In this document: positions 1-12,290 of the stretch, piece after piece
Layout of the letters: each line of letters opens with the position of its first letter
How positions within the stretch are numbered: the stretch's first letter is position 1
Source: Welwitschia mirabilis
Taxonomy: Eukaryota
Length of the DNA: 63,842 nucleotides
Direction: 5' to 3'
NCBI GenBank assembly: GCA_051453625.1
Contig: JBOZIK010000001.1
Span: forward strand, 23,853,641 to 23,917,482
Program-made: the position numbers and the translations under genes
The notes under the pieces: generated by a model
Seen by the model: the letters and a program-made list of their open reading frames with translations, nothing else
The model's database searches: none
What the model was told of the DNA's origin: nothing

Positions 1-1368
1 CTATGTCATTATCCCTAGCAACAACATCAAAATCTGTTTGTATGTAATATATTGAACCAAAACAAACTAGGTGAATATCTAGGATTTTTATCTCCACAGG
101 GATAATTATGGTGAACTTTATAGAAATTAAACAAGTTTTTGCTAGTCTTACAATTAGAATCTAAAGAAATAAGAAAAAAGAGATTGAAATAATTTTTTTG
201 AAACTTCATTTAGAGAGGTAGAAAAGTGAACTAGCTCCAAAGTTTAATTTAATTTGTCCTTCTGTACTTATTATGTCCAAAGGTATCCTATGAATTCTTG
301 AAATATACTTAATTAAGTAGTGATAGATAGGTCATGATGGCATAATCTCATACACCATATGAGGATCGGTGAACTTAAAAGTTACTTCATCCTTTAGAGC
401 CTTAAAAAGTATGAAAAGTAAGGACATAAAGTAGTCAAGATCCATTAAATAAAAGAGATTTAGAGCAATAAACTAAAGGATTTACTCAAATAAAAAATAT
501 CACTTAATAACTTAATTATTAAGCATTACAGGTGCAAAGTCATTTGCAACTTAAAATTAAAGCAAATAACTATTTGTATTAATTTCAAAAATACACATTA
601 CATTAATGTAGGAAGTATGGACTTATTAAGCTATTCTTAAAGTAAGATTGCTCTAAATCAAGTACTTAAACAGTTATGTCGACTTAATGCTTCAAGGATT
701 CTACTACTTTATCAAAATGAAGGATGATATAAATGTGGGTCAAGGCCCTTTTATAGTTGAGCATTGTGTGAGTCATGGTTATAAGCCTTTGGCTTGTAGC
801 ATTAGATGAATGGTTACAAAATATACCATTTAGCATTAAGTAGGAGTTTTATTATCTTGCATTAGATATACATTATCATGACAATCCCAACACTTATCTC
901 CTAGCATTGCTACTTCTATCAACTAATAATGTTGTCATGTTTCTCCACTATTATCCTACTCAATTCTTCCACATGTCACTGATGCGACTCATCATCATTA
1001 GCACTAGGTGTCATTGATAATGCTAGTTATTTCTAAGGTGAAATCTCATTAAGCCCATAACTAAATTTGGCTGAGTTTTGCCTAATAATTCTAGCACATG
1101 AGATTTAAGGTGTTTTACTTTGAAGAACTAGTAGTGCCAGTGACCTGCATAGTGGCGTTAGTGTTTTAAGCTAGATGAACATCATATCCTAGCATATCAT
1201 TTAAAATGAGATAAACATCCTAAAAAATTCATGGAAAGACGATAAGTTTATAATTAATATTAAAAAGAAATAGAAGACATAATTTCATGATAAATTGATT
1301 ATATTAATATCTTTTATTAAGTTAAATAAGTATAACTTGATCAAAATGTCAATTTTCACATGTTAATA
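1..1368 (-). mobile_element. LTR of an Athila-like Ty3/gypsy family ('family X'), running off the window edge
   Basis: Reverse complement matches 41000-42250 (e.g. tttgcaacttaaaattaaagcaaataactatttgtatt vs aatacaagtagttgttcgcttttgactttaagttgcaaa). The terminus aatgtcaattttcacatgttaata matches the one ending at 20523. Confidence 0.6.
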
Positions 1369-1479
1369 GTAGTGCAAGGCTTAGAATTTATATGTCATAA
1401 ATAAAACATGAAAAAATCTACTACAATCATTAATAAATGTGATGAAATATATGTTACCATTAAGGCTTGAGTTCTCATA

Positions 1480-3300
1480 GGCCCACGTATATCACTGTGC
1501 ATAACATTAAGAACACCTTTTACCCTTTTTTTAAGTCATGGAAAATGGGATTCTTGTTTGTTAACATTAAGTGCATTATTTACATTTGATTGTATCATGT
1601 ATTTTCATTTTTGGTAGCCCTTTTACAAGATCCTTTTCAATAATTTGCTTTATGTATTGAGTTGAATGATGATCCAATCTTTTATTCCAAATTTAAAACT
1701 CATCTTCTTGAAATATTAGATAGTTTGTATCCAACCCCCTATTCATCACACATTGTATAAATTATTGTCCATCGATGGTATTTTAAGCATGTTTCTATCC
1801 TCTGTGATGTGATAAAGTCCATCTTTTGACATGAAAAAAAGCCCCTTTTTCATTAATTATCCCAAACTTATTAAATTATATTGAAGATTAGGAACATATA
1901 GCACTTCATTTATGATTAATGATTTATTATTTAATGTTCTCAGCTTAATATCTTCAATATCTTTGAGATATATCCTCCATCAAATTCAACTGTCCCATTA
2001 ATCATTTTTGAATATGACACAAATATATTCTTTTGATTAGTTATATGTTTTGTACACTCACTATCAAAAATTCATTCTCCATTATTTGCTCGAAGATAAA
2101 CTTGTTCATCATTTTCCAACTACTCATCACTTTTATTTTCACAAGAATATTTATTATGGCATGTAAATTTTAATTGATTCATTGAACATTCTATAGCCAC
2201 AAATTTTATGTCATTTTTCCCTTGTTTTTCACATTGTGAAGTTTCCTCACTAACATAGGTTTGTAATTTATCTTTTACTTCATCACAAATTCTTTGCCTT
2301 TAATTCTTGGTAAAGTGACTGAATTTTCTATAGGAATAACATGTTCTATCTTTGTTATTATTTTCTCTTCCTTTTCCAACATTATTTGATTCATGATCTT
2401 TAGATGTATTTTAGGTGTTGAAATTACCATCATTCCCACCATTCCACTAAAGCAACTCCATTTTATTGATTTTCTTGTTGATAAACAACATTAGGGGAGA
2501 TGGTATCATTGGATATCCAATGGATTTCAGGGTAAATACACTTGAATAAGCCTTTCATAACCTCTTCCTCTTTCAAACCTTCTTCTATTTCCTCCTACTA
2601 AAGAAACTCCCTTTTTTTTAAAAAATTTTATTATTAATGAACAACATTAAGAAAGATGGTGTTGTTTGATATCTCATGAGATTTCAAGGTCAATTTAGCT
2701 TAAATAATCCTTGCAATCAAGTCTTTTAATGATACACTACTTAAACCAAATGTGTTATTTAATACAATGGATGTCTTTCATGTATTTTAAGGTAAGGGAT
2801 CTCAACACCTTTGAGGTAACATCATTAGAAGAGATATTGCGACTAGCATCATGTCACTTTCTTACCATATATCTTATTCTCATGACATATTCTTTTATGC
2901 CTTCATCTTCTTTTCTTCTTATGTTCTCATACTTAGCCCTAAAATTCCAAAGTTTTATCCCTTGAGACTTTTGATGTTCAAGGTAGGCCTTATCTAATCC
3001 CTGACACCTGCATAGGATATAATATGCCTCATTTCTTCTTCATTAAAGGTAGCATATATTGCTACCATTAAGTGTGCATCATTTATTTCATATTATTCTT
3101 ATTTAGCCCTCCTTTTCTTTTTTTAAAGATTAGTTATAGGCACAAGATTATAAATGTAATTTTGGGAGTAAGTCCATAGTCTAAGAGACTTAATATGCAT
3201 TAACATCTTGATTTCACATATGTCAAAGTAGTCCCTATTAAACATTGGACATTATTATTATGGATCATGAATGTTATTTCTCCTTTTTTTGATGCAAAAC
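1480..3300 (-). pseudogene. Degenerate Ty1/copia gag-protease(-integrase start)
   Basis: Minus-strand translation gives PMFNRDYFDICEIKMLMHIKSLRLWTY (copia gag N-terminus) near 3250 and *IFDSECTKHIT (WxxDSGCTxHMT protease motif) at ~2040-2075; many stop codons. Confidence 0.75.
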
Positions 3301-3602
3301 CTTCTAAATTAGTGTCTTGTTTCTTTGACTCTTCTTGTTTGAGATAAAGTCTTATAAATTAGTGCCTTCTTTATTTGGCTTTTTCCTTGTTTGAGTTTTG
3401 GGATCAACTTCCTTTTGAAATTCTCTTCTTGTTTTTGATGACTTTTTTAGTGGGTTGTCTATCAAGCTTCAATATTTCTTCAAAGTTTCTATTCTTAGAT
3501 CTTCTTAAATAGTTCTTATCAAACTTATCAATTCTAATAACTCTTTTATCCTTTCAAATTTGATTCATTTACTATTATATAATTAATTTTTCTTGTATTT
3601 TG

Positions 3603-3614
3603 ACTCTCATACCA
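3603..3614 (-). promoter_or_regulatory. Primer-binding site (tRNA-iMet type) of the copia element; 5' LTR probably ~3618-4084
   Basis: Minus strand reads ...ACA-TTT-TGGTATGAGAGT, a variant of TGGTATCAGAGC 3 nt after an LTR-like CA end, upstream of gag. Confidence 0.6.
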
Positions 3615-5099
3615 AAATGTAGTATACAAAAAATACCATAATAATTATAAATTTATAACAAAAAGTAATGTGAATAGTAATAAATAAGTAAAATATTGAA
3701 TTAGATTAATAGTAAATTAAATTTGTTTTATTAATGGAAAAATTTTAATTTACAATAGTAAATAGCCACATAGTTTAAGGAAATATGGATTGTCATAAAG
3801 ACAACAACAAGGAATCTTCCTCTTTCTTCTTCAATGACATGATACCTCTTTCAATGACACACAAGCCTGAGAATAGGGGTTGATCCTTTTGTTATTGGTT
3901 ATCCTTCTTCTTCTTTACTTCTGTTTCTCTTTCTCACTTTTGGATTCTTTTGAAAAAATGACTTCTTGTCATATTTGAATGCTTCAAAGAGTCTCTTTTC
4001 ATGGGACACATCTCTTAATTTGCAGAGACACCATTTAATGGCTAATAAATTAGTTTTTTTAATGTCTAACTAGGACACCTAACAAGACTATCATAGTTTC
4101 TTGCCTGTTTACCTTTAAAAACTGACTTAAAAATTACCTTTTAAGTCAGTTTTAAGGAGCTCTTTTCAATTTTTTTTTGAAATTTATTTTTTAAATTTAA
4201 AGTAATTTTTAACCATACTCTGACAAATAAATTATATATTCTTAATCTATTCTCCATGCCCTTTTAAATAAGACATTGATTCTTTAATTTTGAGAAGTTA
4301 GGTAGTTAAGAGTTAACTAACTCCATTAACAAATATGCTAGGAATTTTGAACTTCTAATTTCAAATGGATGAACTGCATGATTTTCTTATCTGATGGTAT
4401 TATTTTCATTATGTTTGAACCTCATTTATGCCTCAAAATGAATACAATTATATAGGTAGTTATAAAAAGAATGGATTGGTTTTAACATGCAACTACCTTA
4501 TTTTATTGATGTAAAACATGAATTTGATGTACTCTTCAAGGTGATTCAAATGATGCAAAGATTATATTAATTTCATCATTAATTAAGAAGGGAATTAATT
4601 AAGTGTTAGTTAAGACTTAAGTAATGACCTTTATGAACTATTAATCATATGACAAATCTGATTCCATAGATATTTTATTTATAGTGTAGGCTATAAAAGA
4701 TTGGGATATATTACTTAGGTGCTTAATTAGTTTCTCATAACTTAATCTTTGTTTGTTGCTATGGGTAATGGTAGGTATGGCTATCTATATAACGACCTAT
4801 GGTTCACATTAAAAATAGGTTTACTTAGTTCTATGCATTGTGAATATGTGTTTAAATAATAATTTTGGTAATGAGAAGTGACGTTTTTAATAAAGAAGAT
4901 ATTTGCATGTGTTTCTTACATGGCAAATGATGGAAATTGTGTGAAGTGACTAAATTATCACAAGAAGATACAACAATTTTCATGAATGTCTATCATATTG
5001 TGTTGGGTAATCCACGTGTTGGTGGTGAATATGGTATAATAGATGCAAGAAATAATACCATAGAAATAAACACATCTCATTAGAGGAAGACTCAAAAAT

Positions 5100-8000
5100 C
5101 ATTAGATTGCAAGAGGAAGACAAACATGCTTGCATAAGTGAAAGAGAAAGGGAATGTATATTACATGCTTATAGAGGGCAAGCACTATATGAAATTCAAA
5201 GCTTTTATAAAAGAATGGTATTATCACTTACATTAAGTGAAAGTCTTTAGTAATAACTTAATTTTAAATGAGGTTTAAATACTACTAGAGGAGTTCTCAA
5301 ATATATTAGTAGAAAATTTACCAAATGGCTTCATTCATAACAAAGCATTTTTCATTAGATTAATTTTTAGAATAAGCCTTTCCAATCTTGCAGCCTATAG
5401 AATGCCTTTAGTAGATTAGAAAGAATTAAAAAAACAAGAATATTTTATAGAAAGAACTAATAAGAGAAAGTGTAGAACTTGTACTATAGTAATGGCATTG
5501 ACATGTAACAAGGAGCAAAAAGGATGGTGCATGTGCATCAATTCTAAAGTCATATATCATATTAGAGTGAAATATCATTTTTGCATACCATGTATGGATG
5601 ACAGCTTATATAAATTATAGGAACATCTTGATTTAGTGAACTGGATTCGAAGAACGGATACCACCAAGCCCATGTCAAAGACGAGCATGAATGAAAGACT
5701 GATTTCCAACACTTAATCGACTGTATGAAGGGATGATTGTTCTATTTGGATAAAGTATTTCTCTAAGAACCCTCATGCAGTGAGGTACTAAAACCATACT
5801 CAAATAACTTTATTATCATATTTATTGATGACATTTAAGCATATAATTAAAGTTATATAAATCATATAGATCATTTTTTGAATATTGGAAGAAAAAATTG
5901 TTATTAAATATAAAACTATGAGTTCATGAGGAAAGAGCTCATTTATTTTGGCCTTCTTGTGTCAAAAGTTCAATTAAAGGTTGGTTTAGAAAAGATAAGA
6001 ACCATTGTTGGATGGCCAAGACCTAAGAATGTAAGATATGTGAGAACAATTTTAAGTCCTGGACGTTTTTGTAAAAGTTTTATATGTGGATTCAGTCATA
6101 TAGTATTAGAGAGAATAGGAATAACCAAAGCAATCAACAATAGACTATATTAAAGACAAAGAAATTGAAATGAACTTTTAAGTATTAAAAAAAAGTTGTG
6201 TCAAGATTCTATGTTAGCACTTCTATCTATACTCTAATAAATTTTTGAAAGTGGAATGCGTGCAAATGATAAAGGCATTGATGGAATTCTGTTACGAGAA
6301 GGAAAACTAATTGCACAATGTCAAAAGAGGATAACATTGTCATTTACACAAAGAAGTCATTCTATATATAGACCATCTACGTTTATTGTTTATTCAAAAG
6401 CAAACTAAAATCCTTATCAAATATATCAATTGGGTGGAATAGCTATAAGAATNNNNNNNNNNNNNNNNNNNNNNNNNNNNNNNNNNNNNNNNNNNNNNNN
6501 NNNNNNNNNNNNNNNNNNNNNNNNNNNNNNNNNNNNNNNNNNNNNNNNNNNNGGTGCATGTGCATCAATTCTAGAGTCATATACCATATTAGAGTGAAAT
6601 ATCATTTTTGCATACCATGTATGGATGACATCTTATATAAATTATAGGAACATCTTGATTTAGTGAACTGGAATCAAAGAATGGATACCACCAAGCCCAT
6701 GTCAAAGACGAACATGAATGAAAAACTGATTTCCAACACTTAATCGACTGTATGAGGGGATGATTGTTCTATTTGGATAAAGTATTGCTCTAAGAACCCT
6801 CATGCAGTGAGGTACTAAAACAATACTTAAATAACTTTATTATCATATTTATTGATGACATTTGAGCATATAATTAAAGTTATATAAATCATATAGATCA
6901 TTTTTTATTAGTTGTAAGAATATTGGAAGAAAAAATTGTTATTAAATATAAAGAACTATGAGTTCATGAGGAAAGAGCTCATTTATTTTGGCTTTCTTGT
7001 GTTAAATGGTCAATTAAAGGTTGGTTTAGAAAAGATAAGAACCATTGTTGAATGGCCAAGACCTAAGAATGTAAGATATGTGAGAACAATTTTAAGTCTT
7101 GGACGTTTTTGTAAAAGTTTTATATGTGGATTCAGTCATATAGTGTTAGAGATAATAGGAATGATCAAAGTAATTAACAATAGACTATTTTAAAGACAAA
7201 GAAATTGAAATGAACTTTTAAGTATAAAAAAAAAAGTTGTGTCAAGATTCTATGTTAGCACTTCTATCTATACTTTAATAAATTTTTGAAAGTGGAATGC
7301 ATGCAAATGATAAAGGCATTGATGGAATTCTGTTACAAGAAGGAAAACTAATTGCACAATGTCAAAAGAGGGTAACATTGTCATTTACACAAAGAACTCA
7401 TTCTGTATATAGACCATCTATGTTTATTGTTTATTCGAAAGCAAACTAAAGTCCTTACCAAATATATCAAGTGGGTGGAATAGCTATAAGAATTTCACTT
7501 CATGTCAAAATATAAAAAGGGACAGAAGATGTAGTATGGTTATGGAGATAGTAGTAGAAGCATTTAAATGGAAGGATATGAAGTATGATAAAGATCTAGA
7601 CTTCGATTAGATATTGGAGGAGTTTAGGAAGTGGAGAACATTTTGTAGGTTTTCAAAAAAAAAGAAAAAAGCTAGTTTTCTATATAAGGATAAAAAGTTA
7701 TGCATTCCAAGAGGATCATTACATAGAAAATAATAGGGAAGAGACATGTTGGATGATTAACTAAGCACTTTGGCTAAGGAAGGTTTATCACCTCAATTAA
7801 AAAAAGCGCTATGACTAGCCCAAAATTAAAAGCAAGATTAGCAAATTTATAAGGTGCTATAGAATTTATCAACATGCAAAAGAAAATTTGTAAATTCCAC
7901 TTATCATGCAAAGACATTGGTAACTTTGTTACATGTTTACCACATTGCAAACCAAGAAAAAGGTTGCCTTACCATATTAATTGATTATTTCTCTAAAGTA

Positions 8001-8700
8001 GCACATTTTGTTGTTTGTAATAAGCTAGCAAGTCCTAGATGTATTACGAAGATATTCTTTATCATGAGTGCCCAAAACCATTATCTTAGATATAGATGTT
8101 ATGTTTGTAAATACATTTGGAAGGGCTTATGGAAACAATCAGAGGCACAACTGGATTTTGGTATAGTTAGTTATCCACACACTAATAGACAACTAGAGGT
8201 TATATACACAAGTTTAGGAAATCAACTTCATTGTGTATGCCAAAAGATTACAAAAGATGCCAAGAAAATCTTCAATTTTGAATGGGCCACAAAGGTCTCC
8301 ATTTGCAAAAGAAATGATGGAGCTATGTACAAAAATAAAAAGAGGAACTACCTCTCAGAATGAAGTTTATAGAGTATATCTTAGTAGTCGATAAACACAA
8401 ATGAGAAGTGCATTTCTATGTGGGTGATGAACTTTTGTTAAGGCTAAATGCAACAAGACAACATACAGAAGACGAGAAGATATTGTCTTAAAGGATTGGG
8501 TCATTTTGCACTGCTAGAAAGATGTCGAATAATGCTTATTTGATAAACCTTTTGTGAAGAAATGAGAATGAGCTAGATGGTCATTGTTGCACACTTACAC
8601 AGGTGTTATGAAAATTATCAAGATACTGTAATGGAGGAGAGCACAAGAGGAGGAGAACACTAAGATGTGTGGAAAAATTAGTTTTATGAAGGTGATATTT
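5100..8700 (+). mobile_element. Degenerate Ty3/gypsy pol (RT-RNaseH-integrase), chromovirus/CRM-like
   Basis: Remnants of MCIDSR, KYRFPIPRMDD, GYHQ, EWKTxF; ORF text KIRTIVGWPRPKNV; FEVECDAS-GIGG-like RNaseH; LCIPRGS and DYFSKVAHFV integrase. Order RT-RH-INT. Lineage call is by motif resemblance only. Confidence 0.85.
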
Positions 8701-9156
8701 ATTGGGCAATAAAATAGTTTTTTAAAGTTAAGTTGTATGTCATACAACAATGTTTTGAAATGTATGTCCAACCCCCAAGTAGGCGTTACTACTACACAGA
8801 TTTAAAACCCAAACAAAGAAATGATAAACCCTAGATTTCTCTCAGCATTTGATGCTTTATAATAATATATGGATTGGAATCTTTTCATTTTTCTGCATGT
8901 AAGGACGAATAAATGAATAGTAAAAACCTTTTTTTAAATATATATGAATCTTGGTTAAANNNNNNNNNNNNNNNNNNNNNNNNNNNNNNNNNNNNNNNNN
9001 NNNNNNNNNNNNNNNNNNNNNNNNNNNNNNNNNNNNNNNNNNNNNNNNNNNNNNNNNNNTCATTCCCTAGAATATATGATGACAAATGAACCCCGAGCAC
9101 CGGGACAGAGCCAAAATGACCAGTAGACTTATTGTAGTATTAAATACTACACATAT

Positions 9157-9228
9157 AGCTCCCAGCGAGGATCGAACTCGCGACCTTTCGCTTACGAAGC
9201 GAACGCACTACCACTATGCTATGGAAGC
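9157..9228 (-). tRNA. tRNA-Thr(CGT): tRNA-Thr (anticodon CGT), intronless, 72 nt
   Basis: GCTTCCATAGCATAGTGGTAGTGCGTTCGCTTCGTAAGCGAAAGGTCGCGAGTTCGATCCTCGCTGGGAGCT: 7-bp acceptor stem GCTTCCA/TGGGAGC, anticodon stem TTCGC/GCGAA with loop TTCGTAA, T-arm GCGAG-TTCGATC-CTCGC, A and B boxes intact, no encoded CCA. Confidence 0.97.
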
Positions 9229-9699
9229 GGTGAATGAAAATGTTTGTGCGACTCATCCTTCACAAAATAATCCGCGTAGTGAACATGATGACGTGTGATT
9301 GTGCATGTTGTCGCTGCAGCTCCAAAAATAAGCGACTTACTTCCTATGTACGACCCCTGTGATCCGCTTACTCTTCACGGATGAGTCGTAGTGACGCTTG
9401 TGGCTAATGGATATTCATATTGCGACACGACATGCTTCGACAGCATTTCTTCGAGCACAAGTTCCCCTCATCTTCCGTTGCTAGATAATTCTCGGGACTG
9501 CTTTACAGGCTTCCTCATCAATCGATTACCTCTCAAAATAACATGGAAATGAGTTTTGTGAAGTGAGCATATGCTTGAGGACAAGTTAACTTCATCTTAG
9601 AACTAATGTGAGCAACTCTAAGGCAATGACTAAACCTCACCCAAAGAATACATGCCTTGAAATGCCAGTGTGTGCCACAATAACATGACAAGACTCAAA

Positions 9700-10450
9700 G
9701 GCCTCGACAGCACAACTATGTGGTGCCAATGCAACTAGTGGCCTAATAACCCTTAGCAAGAAATGGCTACACATTCACTAATGAGATCAGTTGCTACTAC
9801 TTGGGTGTAATCATACTAACTGGCTACATTAAACAATCAGGGCATGATGTAAGTGTCTTGACTAGATTTAATCCCTCATAACCCTTGTAAGCGTTAGCTT
9901 GACTTGAATCTTTTAACAAAGCTTCTTTAAACAAACATCACAACCTTACTCTAAAACTATGCGCCGACTCATATTGCCCATGTAATATAGCCTAATGGTG
10001 TATTTGAATTCCTGATTGCATGATGATTCATATGACATTAGGTCTGATAGCTATAATTATGCCTCTTGTATCTGAGCCCTAAGTTACAAATGTGTGCTAA
10101 CAACAAAGCATAGCTATTCTCAACCAACCAAGACATCAATACGAGCTCTAGTTCCACTTTGCGTGTCATACCATCAATAGTCCACCAAAGGGTAGGTTTA
10201 ATTTTGGAGCAAGCATATCTCTTGCCTATTGCTCCTAACTAACCCTTTCTCCTTTACCTAAGTTTGCATCCACTACTTTTCGAACTTGAACACTCATAGC
10301 TCTAGTAGTTAACACCTAGATGTTTATTGATAATCTCTTAATTAGAAAATCATCCCTAACTCAAGGGATCTTCCTCCCTTCCTTGTAGGCACTTCTTCCT
10401 TGGGATTGCTTTTGTGTGTAGTTTCTAGTGCTCATACTTCTCCTCAATGC
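9700..10450 (-). pseudogene. Possible highly decayed Ty3/gypsy gag fragment
   Basis: Minus frame gives *WYDTQ...LVG*EQLC, loosely resembling the gag WW...W..L pattern; weak. Confidence 0.25.
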
Positions 10451-11567
10451 CCTATCATGTTCTTAAATTAGATACCATTACTAACTAAAACCATAGCACG
10501 TAGTAAAAGAAGGTTATTCTTCTCTAACATTGGTTCAACTTCCTAAGCAAATAATCCCATGTGAATAGAACCTTAAAAGAACCATGCATGTGATTTTCTT
10601 GTAAATGATGCACATACATTTTTGTAAAATCTATAGTGATTTTTCATGTTGACAATATTCTTAGCTAAGACTATCAACATTTATGAGGAACTCACATAGT
10701 ATGACAAACACTACATGTTACATGTCATAAAACATATTGTTAAGAGGCAGATAATTAATTGTTTAATAAAATTAGTTTGTGAATGAACAAGGTATTTGTT
10801 ATAAATTAAATGAGTTGAAGTTAATTAATTATGTATTAATTAAAGACTTATGTTAGTGACGTAAGATGTTATAGTTATCTATTCAAGGGATATAACCTTT
10901 ACAGAGAGGCATAATTATAACTCACGATCTTTAATCAATGTCAAAAGGAGGGTTTGCTTAAGCCATAAGGAATTTAATAGGTGTCTTTTCATTCTTAACA
11001 AACTTGGCCTTGTTACTTGGAGTCTTAGAGAAAATACCTACATTATAGACCCTTCTAGCTAGTGTTTCAAGTTAGACTAACCTCTTTGATAAAGACTATT
11101 TGTGGTTACAAAGAGAGATTCTTTTCAATTATTAATAAAATAAATCCATTTTATTTCTTTCAAGTGTATTTAAATTATATAAAATTTTCTCTTTCTTATT
11201 ATTTTCATCTTTAAACGTAAGCAGAGAAGACCTAGCTTAAGATTAATTATCTTATGTAGCTTCTAAAGCATTCGTTAGATAGATAATGCATGATTATAAA
11301 AGTGCCTTCTAAAGTTATTCCTCCTTTAGATACCTCTATTGCTCAACTGCAATTACAAAATTAGGATTAAAAACTTTCATATAATGTCTTTTCTTTAAAT
11401 TCTTTTTAGTAGTTGTTTTTATTTCAGTTAGATGAGTAGCTTTGCCATAAGGTTGCCATGTCTCTAGTTTATTAAAGCATACTTGTTATTTAGCCCATGA
11501 TGCCTTAATTTTAAGCTCTTTTCTTAATAGCAATGAAAATGCCTTTTTGATATTGACATCCTTATCC

Positions 11568-12290
11568 TGATTATTAAGATGACAGATCATCATAATTGGT
11601 ATAAAAGAAAATAATAATTAAAAAACACTTTTTTAATAATATAGGAAAAAAGGACCAAATAAATTTTATTAAACCAAAAAAAAAGTACATGACCATAAGA
11701 GTTTCTTTAAGAAGGTAAAGGGAGTAGTCATAGAGGGTTCATAACAAGTAAGACATTTAAAAAAAAAATTGATAAGTGGCTGATCAATTTTGAGAGGAAT
11801 AACTCCTTACTAAAGTCATCATTACACTATGAAGCATGAACCACCTTGAGACAGCTCTAGTGGATTTGGAATAATTTCCCATTCATATCATCAATAATTA
11901 AATAATTCATGGTGATAAAAATTGTTATAGTAATAATTCAAGATCACAATCCATTGAATAGATGATAATAAATGCTTCTTTAAAACTCGCTTCTTGTAAT
12001 AGAAAGTGAAAAGATCTTTCTTAACCCTAATAAGTCTCTCAGAAGTATAATTCAGGACCCTCTTCATATGGCTAATTCTTGTTTCCCCTTTTAAAAATTA
12101 TACAGAGAGATTTCTCTAAGTAGGAAAACCTCCCTTAAAGCATCTAATTGCTAAGCCACATATTTGTCATCTTGACCTAGGAACAATTTAAAACAAAAAA
12201 TCAGAATACATACATAAAATACAAGATCAGCCCAACATCCATTTTCTAAACTTCTACTGGATCTAGCTACCTCATCTTATGAGATTCCAT
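11568..12290. repeat. Unclassified dispersed repeat, copy 1
   Basis: Collinear direct copy at 55164-55880 (shared gaaagtgaaaagatctttctt, ccattttctaaactt, tctagctacctcatcttat). Confidence 0.85.

Noticed and set aside
5525..7492. Near-identical ~930-bp tandem duplication of gypsy RT-RNaseH
   Set aside because: The copies abut a 100-N gap and are far more similar than any other repeats here; most likely uncollapsed haplotypes or contig overlap.
8825..8833. AAACCCTA telomere-like motif (telomerase RNA template or telo-box)
   Set aside because: Single 8-mer with no USE/TATA promoter recognisable nearby; expected by chance.
9076..9130. Box C/D snoRNA on the plus strand starting ATGATGA
   Set aside because: No CTGA box D or terminal stem at a suitable distance.
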